Shown here in pieces: positions 18,239 to 28,083 of a stretch of 43,155 nt of DNA. The DNA lies in the NCBI GenBank assembly GCA_964601345.1, contig CAZRND010000002.1, positions 1 through 43,155 on the forward strand, read 5' to 3'. The DNA is from an uncultured Acidobacteriota bacterium. GTDB lineage: Bacteria > Acidobacteriota > Terriglobia > JAJPHL01. Position 1 is the first letter of the stretch. Each line of letters opens with the position of its first letter. A program made the translations under genes and the position numbers. Under the pieces are notes generated by a model that saw only the letters and a program-made list of their open reading frames with translations, was not told the DNA's origin and did not search any database.

Positions 18239-21200
18239 ATGCTCCTCGCTCTTATTCTTCCGGTGATCCTGGCCGCGGGGCCGCAGCAGAAGAAACCCGC
18301 GACGCCCCAGGTAGGTCCGGAGGTGGCGGGCGCGGCCCAGCGCGCGAAGAATCTCGAGGAACGCAAGCAAGCCGACAAGCTATACGAATTCGACAAGACC
18401 GAGGAAGCCAAGGTCATCTACATGCGCCTGACCGGGACTTTCGCCGGCGACTTTGAATTCAACAAACGGCTGGGGGACTGCTTCTACCGAAGTCCCAAAA
18501 AAGAGAGCGCGCAAGCTGCGAAGTATTACCAACGGGCCTATGACCTGAATCCAAAGGATCTTGCCGTGGGCATGAATCTCGGCAAATCGTACGCCTGGTC
18601 GGATCAGTACAACGCTGCCATCGGCATCTTCGAGAGCGTTCTGAAGCGAGACCCAACCCACGTGGACGCGCGGCTCGAATTGGCGCGGGCCCAAAACTTT
18701 GGCGGCAAATCGAAAGAGGCGCGCGAATCCTACCTGACCTATATGAAACGTTTTCCCGGCGACCGCGACGTGCGCCTGGAATACGCCGGATTCCTAGCCA
18801 AGATCAAGCAGTATGATGCGGCTCTCGATGAGTACCGGTATTTGTTGCGAGCGGAACCGCGGGACCTGAGAGCCCGGTTGGGCCAGGCTCAGGCCCAGGC
18901 CTGGAAAGGGAGCCTGCGGGACAGCGTGAAAAACTACGAGGACATCCTGCGGGACGTTCCCACGAACGAAGAGGCCTTGCGCGGAAAGGCCTACGCGCTC
19001 CTCTGGTCCGACCGCGATGAGGAGGCGGGCAAGATTTTCGCCGAGCTCCTCAAGAAGAGCCCCCGCGACAAAGACTTTCAAGACGTTCTGCAACAAATCG
19101 CCGAACGCAAGGGCGACGCTCCCTTGCGGGCAGCCAACGCAATTGCTTCCGGAGGCGACGTTCCTGGCGCGATCGCACTACTGCTGGACGCGGTGGCCAA
19201 GGCGCCCAAGGATGAGCGTTTCCAATTCCGCCTCGCCGAATTCTACCGTCGGAACGGCCAACTGGATCAGGCCATCGCGACGTTTCGCAAGATCTCCTCG
19301 GAACATCCGGAAAACCTCGTGGCGCTGCGCGAGCTAGGAACGACGCAGGCGCAAGTGGGGCAGTATCCGGATGCCATTTCCAGCTATCGAGCTTACCTAC
19401 AGCGTTCTCCAAACGCCGGCGTGCAATTGAGCCTGGCCCACGTGTTGAGATGGTCGGGTCAGCTCGATGAGTCTCAGACTCTTTACAAGAGAGTTCTGGC
19501 GGCCGAGCCAACGAATGCCGAAGCGGCCGTGGGCTTAGGTTATGTATTGTCGGCTCAGCACCAATCTCAGGCCGCCTTGGAGCAATTCGAAACTGTCCTG
19601 CGGCGGAGGCCGGCGGACCGTGATGCGCTTCTGGGGAAAGCGAGGATCCTGTACTGGGATGGCGAAAACGCGAAGGCCGCGGAAGTCCTCGAAAAGCTGA
19701 AGGCCTCCCTTCCGACCGATGGCGAGATCGCCGCGGTCCTGAGCGATGTGCGGAACGCTGAACGCGCTGCGCTCGCCCAAAGACAACCTGTGACGCAGCC
19801 GGTGACGCGGCCCGAAACCACTCCTGCGCCCGTGCCGGTGGATCCGGCTGAGCAGCTTCGCCGGGATATGGAAACTCTGGCTACAGATCCGGAGAATTTC
19901 GAGGCTCTGCGCAGAGTCGGAGTGAGTTTCCGCGATAAGCGGGAATATCCTCATGCCATGGAATACTTCGAACGCGCCCTGAAAGTCCGGCCCTCCGAAA
20001 AAGAGTTTGAAGCCATGATGGCCGACCTGGCGGAGGCTAACGCGGACTATCCTCGGGCCATCCGGCTCTTTCAGGACCTTCTGACTCGGGAACCGGAGAA
20101 TCGCTACTACCGGTTGGAAGTCGCCAGAATGCTGAGTTGGTCCGATCACAAGACCGAGGCGATCGAAGAATATCGCCGGCTGGTGCAGAGCTTCCCCAAT
20201 GACGCGGAAGTTCGCGCCGGGATGGGAAAGGTGATGGAGTGGAACAAGGACTACGCCGGCGCTCTCGGCGTGTATCAAGACCTGCTGAGCCGGGAACCGG
20301 GAAATCGGGACTACCAGCTTGAGATTGCGCGTCTGTTCGGATGGTCGGACCGCAAGACGGAATCTATCGAGCAGTACCGGCAGATCATCAAGGCTCATCC
20401 CAAGGACGTGGAAGCGCGCGTGGGACTCGCCCAGGTGCTGGGCTGGAATGGCGATTACCCCGGCTCCATGGCCGTTTATCAGGAGCTATCCGCGGAAGAT
20501 CCGCAGAATCGCGATTATCGGTTGCAAGTGGCGCGTCTGCTCAGTTGGACGGAGCGCAAGGGCGAGTCCATTGAGCAGTATCGCCAGATCCTGACGCAGT
20601 TCCCCCACGACCCGGAAATCCAAGTGACGATGGCGCGCGTGATGGGCTGGAACCGGCAGTACGAAGACGCCGCCAAGGTGTACGACGAGTTGCTCGCCCG
20701 CAAGCCCGATGATCACGATGCGCGTCTCGGCAAGGCGCAGGTCCTGAACTGGTCGGGCCGGACGAAAGAGGCGCGAGTGATTCTGGAAAGCATGCACGCC
20801 AAGGACCCGGATGATCGCGACGTGTCCATGATCCTTGCGAGCGTTCTCAGCAGTGTGGGCCGCAACGACCTGGCCCTGCGGCAACTCGACGCCCTGGATG
20901 CCCAGCAGCCCGGAAAGGTCGACGTGGCCGCGCTGCGCAAGAGCATTCGCGACGAAATGCGTCCGATTTTGACGATCCGCTTTCGTCCTTTAGTGGATTC
21001 GGAGGATCTGCACATCAACCAATCGAGCGCCAAACTGGAGTTCAACCTCTTTCCGCGCGTCCGCAGTTACCTGGCCGCTTCCATCGGAATCTCCAAGGAT
21101 TCCACTCACGACTGGGAAGCCGGCCAGACAACCGTCTTCGGTTCCTAAGCCAAGGTAAACGAGGGGTTCCGAATCCGGGGAGAGGTGGGGGCGAATTTCT

Positions 21201-21853
21201 CGACGGCGGGCCATGCCGACCCCGACGGCAGCGCGGGAGCCACTTTCTTTCCGAAAGGAAAAGTTCGATTCGATGTCGACTTCTCGCGCAGCTTCATCAA
21301 TTATGTGCCCCGCCCGCTCCTGCTGAATATCAGCCGGCTGGAGACCAACCTCGGTTCGGATTGGCGCGTGGACAAGCGTACGATCTTCCATATCGACTAC
21401 TACCAGCAGCGATACTCCGACACCAATTTCGGACAGGGCGGCGATATCCAGGTGACTCGTAACCTGGTTCGCCGGGAGCGATTCGAGCTGGAGGCCGGCT
21501 ACCGCTATCATGCTTTCGGATTTACGAAGGACATCTCCAGCGGTTTCTGGTCCCCGGCGTTTTACCAGGAACACCTCGCGCTGGGCAACGTGAGCGGCAA
21601 GATTACCTCCCGCCTTGGCTGGTCTTTCCGTGGCGCCATTGGCCGGCAGCAGAGCGAGGGACAGGAAACCGCGCTCGAGCCATTCCACAAAGATGGATCG
21701 GCACAGGCCGGTGGCGACTACACGATCTCCAGCTTTCTGAAGCTCAGTTTCGGCTATGTATACTCCGCCAGCTCGAATGTCCAAATCGCCAATACCGTTA
21801 GTACTGGGTATCACGCCAAGCTTGGGTATTTGACACTGGAATACAAATTCTAA
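18239..21853 (+). pseudogene. TPR-rich + outer-membrane beta-barrel export protein (PgaA/BcsC-like architecture), interrupted by one in-frame TAA at 21146-21148 (real nonsense mutation or sequencing error)
   Basis: ORFs 18239..21148 and 21185..21853 share a frame and are separated only by that TAA. Signal peptide, many TPRs, amphipathic beta-strands on both sides of the stop, C-terminal YLTLEYKF beta-signal. Confidence 0.78.
20045..20760 (+). repeat. Coding tandem repeat with a 204-bp (68-aa, two-TPR) period, about 3.5 copies
   Basis: Units start at 20045 (DYPRAI), 20249 (DYAGAL), 20453 (DYPGSM) and 20657 (QYEDAA), exactly 204 bp apart, sharing NR.Y.L..AR...W...K.E.IE.YR. Confidence 0.8.
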
Positions 21854-21869
21854 GAACATCGGAAGTGGC

Positions 21870-24677
21870 ATGAGAGAGATTCGCAGATGGCTGGTGCGCC
21901 TGTCTCTGGTGGCAATGGCGGCCGGAAGCATCTGGTGGTTCGGTTTCATGCCTCCTCGTCTGCAGCGCATCTACACCCAGGGCGCCGAGCAATTCCGCGC
22001 CGGAGATCTCCAACGCGCCATTGAGACATTGCAACAGGCCCGCCGCCTCAATCCGTTCGATGTGCGAGTGAACACCATGCTGGGTCAGGCGTACTTGCAA
22101 TTGGGACAGGTCGAACAAGCGGAGTCTCACTTTGCGCTTGCGTACCGCTTCCGCACCACCTCCGACGAGGCAGCGCAGGGATTAGTGCAGACCCGGCTCT
22201 TGCTGGACAAAGGGGCCGAGGCTCTGCCCGTGCTGGAACGCATGGCTGCCGCCCATCCCAAGGACAAGCAGGTGCAGATGTGGATCGGCGAAGCGTATAC
22301 CAAGACCGGAGACAACTTGAAGGCGGCGCAGACCTACCGAGTGCTCCTGGAACGCGATCCGTTCGATCCGCATGCCCGCCAGGCGTTCCTTGCGCTCTAC
22401 GGATATTCCACGTTTCGCCCCGAACTGCCGGATCTCTCACCGACATTCCAGCGGCCCGCCCAATTGCAGACTCACTTTCGGACGCACGGAGACTTTTTCC
22501 AGGTTCGGGAGGGCGCCGATTGGCGGACCGTATATCTGGTGGGAGTCAACATCGGTCCCGCGCGGCCGGAGGAGTTCCCGTCGACTGCTTCGCGCGACTT
22601 CTCCACGTATTCGGATTGGTTCCAGCAGATTGTGGCGATGCATGCCAACACGATTCGGACCTACAGTATTCTCCCGCCTGCGTTTTACCAGGCGTTGCTG
22701 GCCTTTAACGAAAGCTCGTCCTCTCGCTTGTGGCTGATCCAGGAGGTGTGGATCGACGAGGGCGATCAGGACCTCTACAACGCCAAGGCCGAAGAGGAAT
22801 TCCGCAGGGTCTTGACCAGCACCATAAACGTCCTGCATGGCCAGGAGAATCTGCCCTTCCGGCGCGGCTTCAACTACGGCATCTATACTGCCGACGTCTC
22901 CCGCTATGTTTTGGCTTTGGCCGTGGGCCGTGAAGTTGAGCCGCGCCAGGCGCAACTTACCAATCTCAAGAATCCCACGCGGACGTCCTACCAGGGACGC
23001 TTCATCAGCCTGCCGAAAGGATCTCCGGTTGAGGCGTGGTTCGCTCGCATGTGCGATCAGGCAGCCGCCTACGAGTTCGAAAAATATAACGCTCAGCGTC
23101 CCATCACCGTCGTGAATTGGCCGCCGCTCGATCCGCTGACGCATCCCAGTGAGGGCACGCATGTCGACGAACTGCGTTATCGGCGGATGGCCGGCCAGGT
23201 GGTGGAGGAACAACCTCGTCCCGACGGCATATACGACGACATGGATGTCGTCTCCCTGGATGTCACGAAGTTCAGGGCGGAGCGAGAATTCACGGCCGGC
23301 CTCTTCGCCCTCTATCACGTCTACCAGCACTGGCCCGACTTTCTGCTGAACGATGCTGCCTATGCGCAGGCCAAAGATAGCCAGGGCCAGAATCGATACC
23401 TCGGTTACCTCCAGGACCTGAAGAAGGCTCACCCCAACTTCCCGTTGTTCATCGGAGAGTACGGCGTTTCATCGAGCTTGGGTGTTTCCCACGTCCATCC
23501 GCAGGGCTGGAACAGCGGCGGGTTTGACGAGAAACAGCAGGCGGAACTTCTCGTCCGGTTCACGAACAATATTCGGGAGTCGGGATGCGCGGGCGGGCTG
23601 GTCTTCGAATGGCAAGACGAGTGGTTCAAGCACGTCGGCGATGTCGAGATATCCGATTTCGAACGTCCCTGGGACCGCAATCCGCTCTGGTTTAACCCGA
23701 TGGATGTCGAGAAGAACTATGGAGTCGTCCGCTACTTCCCGCCCGGTCCAACGCCGTTGCTGCGCGGTGATCCGCAGGACTGGATAAGGGCGGAGCAGTT
23801 TGCTTTTCCGCCCGCGGCCAACGGCCGGACGAGCGAGATCAGCGCGCTTTACGCTTACGCTGACTTCGCCTATTTCTACGTTCGACTCGACGTCGAGCCC
23901 GGCGCGCTCGATTGGAGCCACTGGAATTATTGGATCGCCTTGAATACGCTGCCTGGCAAGGCCGGCTCCAAGAAAATTCCGGGCATTCGCGCTCCCGTGG
24001 AAGGGGGCGCCAATTTCCTGATTCAGTTGAGCGACCCTTCGCACAGCCGGTTCCTCATCGCCGAGAATTACAACCCAAGCCGGAAAAATTTTACCGCCGG
24101 CAAGCCGGGCGAGGCCCGGTGGGTCCGAAAAGAGGGGATGCGCGCCAGCCTCGCCGACACCGCGCGCTTCGTGGAGCGGACCACGGTCGTAAATCGCGCG
24201 CGCTATGGCCGCGATGGCCACGTCTTCCCGGAAATTGACTACAATGCCAGCCGGTTTCCCTACGGAACCGCCGATCCTGCCAATTCTCAATTCTCCAGTC
24301 ATTCTCTGTGGCACGTGACAGCCGAGAAAGGCATGATCGAGTTGCGTATTCCGTGGGGCATGCTGCTGGTGACCGATCCATCCAGCAGGCAGGTATTCGC
24401 CGGGACTGAAGAAAAACGCCGCGGGGGACAGGAAGCGGTCTTCCCGATCTCCGATCGAACGGAAGGAATCTCGCTCGCGGCATTTGCCCTTTACGTTCCA
24501 GGTCCGGGCCTTCCGCAGGAATTGAGCAGCGCGCTTCCGCCCCTCGCGCGCAACGGCGTTTTATCCGCGGCGTCGCCCATCTATAGTTGGGAGAAGTGGG
24601 ATAGAGTAGAGTACCGTCCTTACTATAAACAGGGTTATGCAGCGCTCCAGAAGGCCTTTGGGAGCTTGACGAAATGA
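21870..24677 (+). CDS. TPR + putative clan GH-A TIM-barrel glycoside hydrolase-like protein, paralog 2
   Basis: N-terminal TM, TPRs, VGVNIGP..P.EFP, MHANTIRTY, VGREVE, IGEYG, WQDEWFK; C-terminal ELRIPWGML beta-rich region. Confidence 0.78.
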   Translation: MREIRRWLVRLSLVAMAAGSIWWFGFMPPRLQRIYTQGAEQFRAGDLQRAIETLQQARRLNPFDVRVNTMLGQAYLQLGQVEQAESHFALAYRFRTTSDEAAQGLVQTRLLLDKGAEALPVLERMAAAHPKDKQVQMWIGEAYTKTGDNLKAAQTYRVLLERDPFDPHARQAFLALYGYSTFRPELPDLSPTFQRPAQLQTHFRTHGDFFQVREGADWRTVYLVGVNIGPARPEEFPSTASRDFSTYSDWFQQIVAMHANTIRTYSILPPAFYQALLAFNESSSSRLWLIQEVWIDEGDQDLYNAKAEEEFRRVLTSTINVLHGQENLPFRRGFNYGIYTADVSRYVLALAVGREVEPRQAQLTNLKNPTRTSYQGRFISLPKGSPVEAWFARMCDQAAAYEFEKYNAQRPITVVNWPPLDPLTHPSEGTHVDELRYRRMAGQVVEEQPRPDGIYDDMDVVSLDVTKFRAEREFTAGLFALYHVYQHWPDFLLNDAAYAQAKDSQGQNRYLGYLQDLKKAHPNFPLFIGEYGVSSSLGVSHVHPQGWNSGGFDEKQQAELLVRFTNNIRESGCAGGLVFEWQDEWFKHVGDVEISDFERPWDRNPLWFNPMDVEKNYGVVRYFPPGPTPLLRGDPQDWIRAEQFAFPPAANGRTSEISALYAYADFAYFYVRLDVEPGALDWSHWNYWIALNTLPGKAGSKKIPGIRAPVEGGANFLIQLSDPSHSRFLIAENYNPSRKNFTAGKPGEARWVRKEGMRASLADTARFVERTTVVNRARYGRDGHVFPEIDYNASRFPYGTADPANSQFSSHSLWHVTAEKGMIELRIPWGMLLVTDPSSRQVFAGTEEKRRGGQEAVFPISDRTEGISLAAFALYVPGPGLPQELSSALPPLARNGVLSAASPIYSWEKWDRVEYRPYYKQGYAALQKAFGSLTK

Positions 24678-27058
24678 ACTTGCCCAAGCCGGTGACCTTT
24701 CTTTGGAGAGTTTGCCTCGCTGGATTTGTGCTTTTGACCGTTTCCTATTGCCTGCTCGCATTCATCCCTTTCACCTATCAGCAAATGGTTGTGGCGGCGC
24801 CCTTGGCCTGGCTCACTGCTTTCGTAAAGTTCCATCCTTACCTCTACTGGATCGTTCTCGGCATTCAGGCCGCGATGATGATGGCCGAATTCCGCCGGAG
24901 CAACACCAAGATCCTGGCGTTCGTTTTCGTCGCTTATGGCGCGGTCCTAGGAATCGTTCTGCTGATTCACCCGGCTCTCGCCGGTTTGGGTAACGACATC
25001 AGCAGCCTCTACTGGGCTTCCGCTTTTTTCGCCCTTCTCCTCTTGCTTGCCGCCCTGGACTGGGTGTCGGAGCGGGAACGCCTCCAGTGGGACGTAAACG
25101 CCGGCGGCGAGGAGGCGCGAATCTTCCAGGCCGCCTGGCAGACCGCTCTCTTTCTGGCGCTTCTCTACAGCGCGATCTATTACCGCGCCTTCAGCGTTCT
25201 CACATTCGCCTGGTCGGTCCTCTCCCATCTGTTCGCCTTCCTGGCGATTGGGATCGCGCTCTTTGCGATGCGCGCAGCGGCCGCCCGCTTCCCGCAACCT
25301 GCCAAGTGGGAGTTTTTCTCTTGCTCTCTGGGGGCCGGTTTGGCGGCGGCCGGCGCGTTGCGTTTCATTGTCTTCTCGTCCATTCCCTTTACCGGTGCTT
25401 CCGCGGACCTCTACGCTCTGGCCTCTGGGATTTGCTTCGCCGCCTTCTTCGCTGGAACCAGCCTCCGATTGTACGGACCATCGTCCGTGGACAGCGGACT
25501 AGCCCTGCTGCTCACGCCCTTGCGATTGCCCAGCTTTTTCTATCTCCCCGGCATTGCGCTGCTGGCATATTTGCTTGCCTCTCAGAGCGCGCTGCTGGAT
25601 TGGAATTTCCTGCGGCAGAGAGTTTCCGCGCTGCTGATCTGGGTTATCGCGTTCGCCACTTTCTACGAGCTGGCGCCACGTAAGGAGCTTTTGTCACGCC
25701 GGATGCTGTGGCTGATTACACCGGTCGCCTCGGTGTGCCTGTATCTAACCCTGGCGTTTGGCTTGACGAGAGTGCAGGTGCCTCCGCAGTCGGTGATCGG
25801 CTCGTTCAAGGTCACCTCCTCCGGCCGGGCATCTTTCTATTCCTTCATCGTCGCCAACACGAACATCACCGCCGCGGCTGGTCCCGTAGACGTGAACTTC
25901 GTGGACAACCTCTCAGAGGGAAACTCGGCCAAGCCGAATATTTTTGTTGTGGTGATTGACAGCCTCCGGCGGGACTATCTCTCCACGTACAATCCGTCCG
26001 TTACTTTTACTCCGCAGATCGACGCGTTCGGCAAAGAGAGCATCGTGATGCAGAACGCCTTCACCCGATATGCGGGCACCGGGCTTGCAGAACCTTCCAT
26101 ATGGGTTGGCGGAATGATGCTTCACAAACAGTATGTAACTCCCTTCCATCCCATGAACGCGCTCCAGAAACTGGTGGAGGCGGAAGGATACACAAGCTTC
26201 ATCGGCCAAGATCCGATCTTGCAGGCCATCATGCGCCCCTCCGACGCCGTGGTCGATCTCGAAACCGATATTGCCGGAAGACGTTGGGATTTTTGCAAGA
26301 CGGTGGAAGATCTCGGAGACAAGATTCGCACCGCGAAGGGCGGCGCTCCGATCTTTGCCTATGCCCAGCCGCAGAACATCCACGATTTTGAAATCAGCCA
26401 AGAGGGGGAATCCGTGCCGCCGGGCGAGAGCTATCCGGGCTTCTATGAGCCCGTCGCCGCGCGCCTGCGCCAAATGGACAAATGCTGGGGTTCGTTCATC
26501 GGCAACTTGAAGAAAAGCGGTCTCTACGACAAGAGTATTGTCATCCTCACCGCCGATCACGGAGACCTGCTTGGGGAACGCGGCCGGTTTGGACATGGAT
26601 GGGTGCTGAACCAGGAGGTCATGCGGATACCTTTGATCATCCATCTGCCTCCAGCGATGAAATCGCGTGTGGCCTTCGATGCCGGCGCTGTCGCCTTCTC
26701 GAGCGACATTACGCCGAGCCTCTACTATCTCCTCGGGCACAAGCCCACGTTGAAGAACGAGTTTTTCGGAAGGCCGCTCTTCACCGAGACGATTGAGGAG
26801 CAGAAACCGGACATGCGCGACAGCTACTTGCTCGCGTCCAGCTACGGACCCGTCTACGGCCTCCTGAAGGAGTCGGGGCACTCGCTATACATCGTGGACG
26901 CCAGCGACCAGGTGGATTACCTTTACGAAATTCCCGCGGAAGGCGCCGCGATCCTGAAACCGATCTCGCCGTCCCTTCAAGCGGAGAACGAAAAGCTGAT
27001 CCGCGAAGGCATCCTGGCCATCAATCGCTTCTACAGGTTCGAGCAGCCGCAAAAGTGA
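24674..27058 (+). CDS. Polytopic membrane protein with a C-terminal alkaline-phosphatase-superfamily (sulfatase/LTA-synthase-like) domain
   Basis: About 10 or more TM helices, then PNIFVVVIDSLRRD, a Thr at the putative nucleophile position (YAGTGL), ILTADHG, GHG and RIPLII. ATGA overlap with the upstream gene. Confidence 0.82.
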   Translation: MNLPKPVTFLWRVCLAGFVLLTVSYCLLAFIPFTYQQMVVAAPLAWLTAFVKFHPYLYWIVLGIQAAMMMAEFRRSNTKILAFVFVAYGAVLGIVLLIHPALAGLGNDISSLYWASAFFALLLLLAALDWVSERERLQWDVNAGGEEARIFQAAWQTALFLALLYSAIYYRAFSVLTFAWSVLSHLFAFLAIGIALFAMRAAAARFPQPAKWEFFSCSLGAGLAAAGALRFIVFSSIPFTGASADLYALASGICFAAFFAGTSLRLYGPSSVDSGLALLLTPLRLPSFFYLPGIALLAYLLASQSALLDWNFLRQRVSALLIWVIAFATFYELAPRKELLSRRMLWLITPVASVCLYLTLAFGLTRVQVPPQSVIGSFKVTSSGRASFYSFIVANTNITAAAGPVDVNFVDNLSEGNSAKPNIFVVVIDSLRRDYLSTYNPSVTFTPQIDAFGKESIVMQNAFTRYAGTGLAEPSIWVGGMMLHKQYVTPFHPMNALQKLVEAEGYTSFIGQDPILQAIMRPSDAVVDLETDIAGRRWDFCKTVEDLGDKIRTAKGGAPIFAYAQPQNIHDFEISQEGESVPPGESYPGFYEPVAARLRQMDKCWGSFIGNLKKSGLYDKSIVILTADHGDLLGERGRFGHGWVLNQEVMRIPLIIHLPPAMKSRVAFDAGAVAFSSDITPSLYYLLGHKPTLKNEFFGRPLFTETIEEQKPDMRDSYLLASSYGPVYGLLKESGHSLYIVDASDQVDYLYEIPAEGAAILKPISPSLQAENEKLIREGILAINRFYRFEQPQK

Positions 27059-28083
27059 ACCGGTTCGCGATCGCGCTGCTGCTGCACTCGCTTGTGTTGA
27101 GCGCGGGCGTCATCCGTCCGGATGCTCGGACGATCTTCTACTACGTGCCAACGGACGACGCCTGGAAGTCGCTTCAGGACCATGCCGACAAGATTTCCAT
27201 CGTCGCACCGCAGGTCTTCGTCGCCAAGGTGGATGGCTCGGTCGAAGGCGCGGTCGAGGAGCGAGTGCGAGCGCTCGCCAAACAGAAGGGCATTGAAATC
27301 ATGCCCCTGCTCACCAATCTGGACTTCAAACCCGAGGCGGCTCGTGCGGCCTTCGCGTCCGATCATGCGATTTCCGACTCCGTCCGCCTATGCAAAGAGA
27401 ATGGATGCGCCGGACTGCAACTCGATTTTGAAGCCGTGGCAGACGAAGACTCGGCGGCGTATCAAGCGTTCATCGGGAAAATGGCTGCGGCTTTGCACGA
27501 GGCCAAGCTCTACTTCAGCATTGCCCTTCCTTCCCCGCTCTTCCAGGGCGGACGCCCGCTGCGCGATTACAAATCCACCTACGGCGGATTTGTTCTCGGC
27601 AGCTTTCGTCTTGATCTTAAGGACGCCGACTTCGTTTCTCTGATGGCTTACGACCTATACCATGGCAATACCGCGCCCGGTCCGGTGGCAGCCTACCCCT
27701 GGGTGGAGCAGAGCATCCGTTTCTTTCTGCAGTATGTCCCAGCGTCCAAACTGTCCCTGGGAATTCCCTTTTATGGACGCCGCTGGTGCTCGCAAAAAGC
27801 AGACGAATTGAGTTTCCCCGGAATCCAGCAGGCCCTGCAACGCGCGAAGGCCCGTGTGCGACGACAGGCTTGGGGACGTGTGCCCACCTTCGATTATCCC
27901 GAAGGGGGTTGTAGCAACATCGTCTTCTACGAGGATCGGAAAAGCCTGCGGGAGAAGCTGCGGTTGGTGAACCAGTTCCACCTCTCGGGATTATCGGCCT
28001 GGAGGATCGGGCAGGAAGATCCGGCATTCTGGGAAGAACTGCCGCGCGTGCGGCGCAAGAGTGTGTCATATTCACAGAGATGA
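27055..28083 (+). CDS. Glycoside hydrolase family 18 protein, exported
   Basis: GLQLDFE (DxE core), LMAYD, LGIPFYG, SAWRIGQED; signal peptide; GTGA overlap with the upstream gene. Confidence 0.88.
   Translation: MNRFAIALLLHSLVLSAGVIRPDARTIFYYVPTDDAWKSLQDHADKISIVAPQVFVAKVDGSVEGAVEERVRALAKQKGIEIMPLLTNLDFKPEAARAAFASDHAISDSVRLCKENGCAGLQLDFEAVADEDSAAYQAFIGKMAAALHEAKLYFSIALPSPLFQGGRPLRDYKSTYGGFVLGSFRLDLKDADFVSLMAYDLYHGNTAPGPVAAYPWVEQSIRFFLQYVPASKLSLGIPFYGRRWCSQKADELSFPGIQQALQRAKARVRRQAWGRVPTFDYPEGGCSNIVFYEDRKSLREKLRLVNQFHLSGLSAWRIGQEDPAFWEELPRVRRKSVSYSQR

Noticed and set aside
20045-20760. CRISPR-like or non-coding repeat array
   Set aside because: The repeats are degenerate, in frame and encode TPR pairs, with no repeat-spacer structure and no cas genes.
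21146-21148. Selenocysteine/pyrrolysine recoding or an alternative genetic code
   Set aside because: The codon is TAA, not TGA or TAG, and TAA terminates other genes here (e.g. alaS, amidase).
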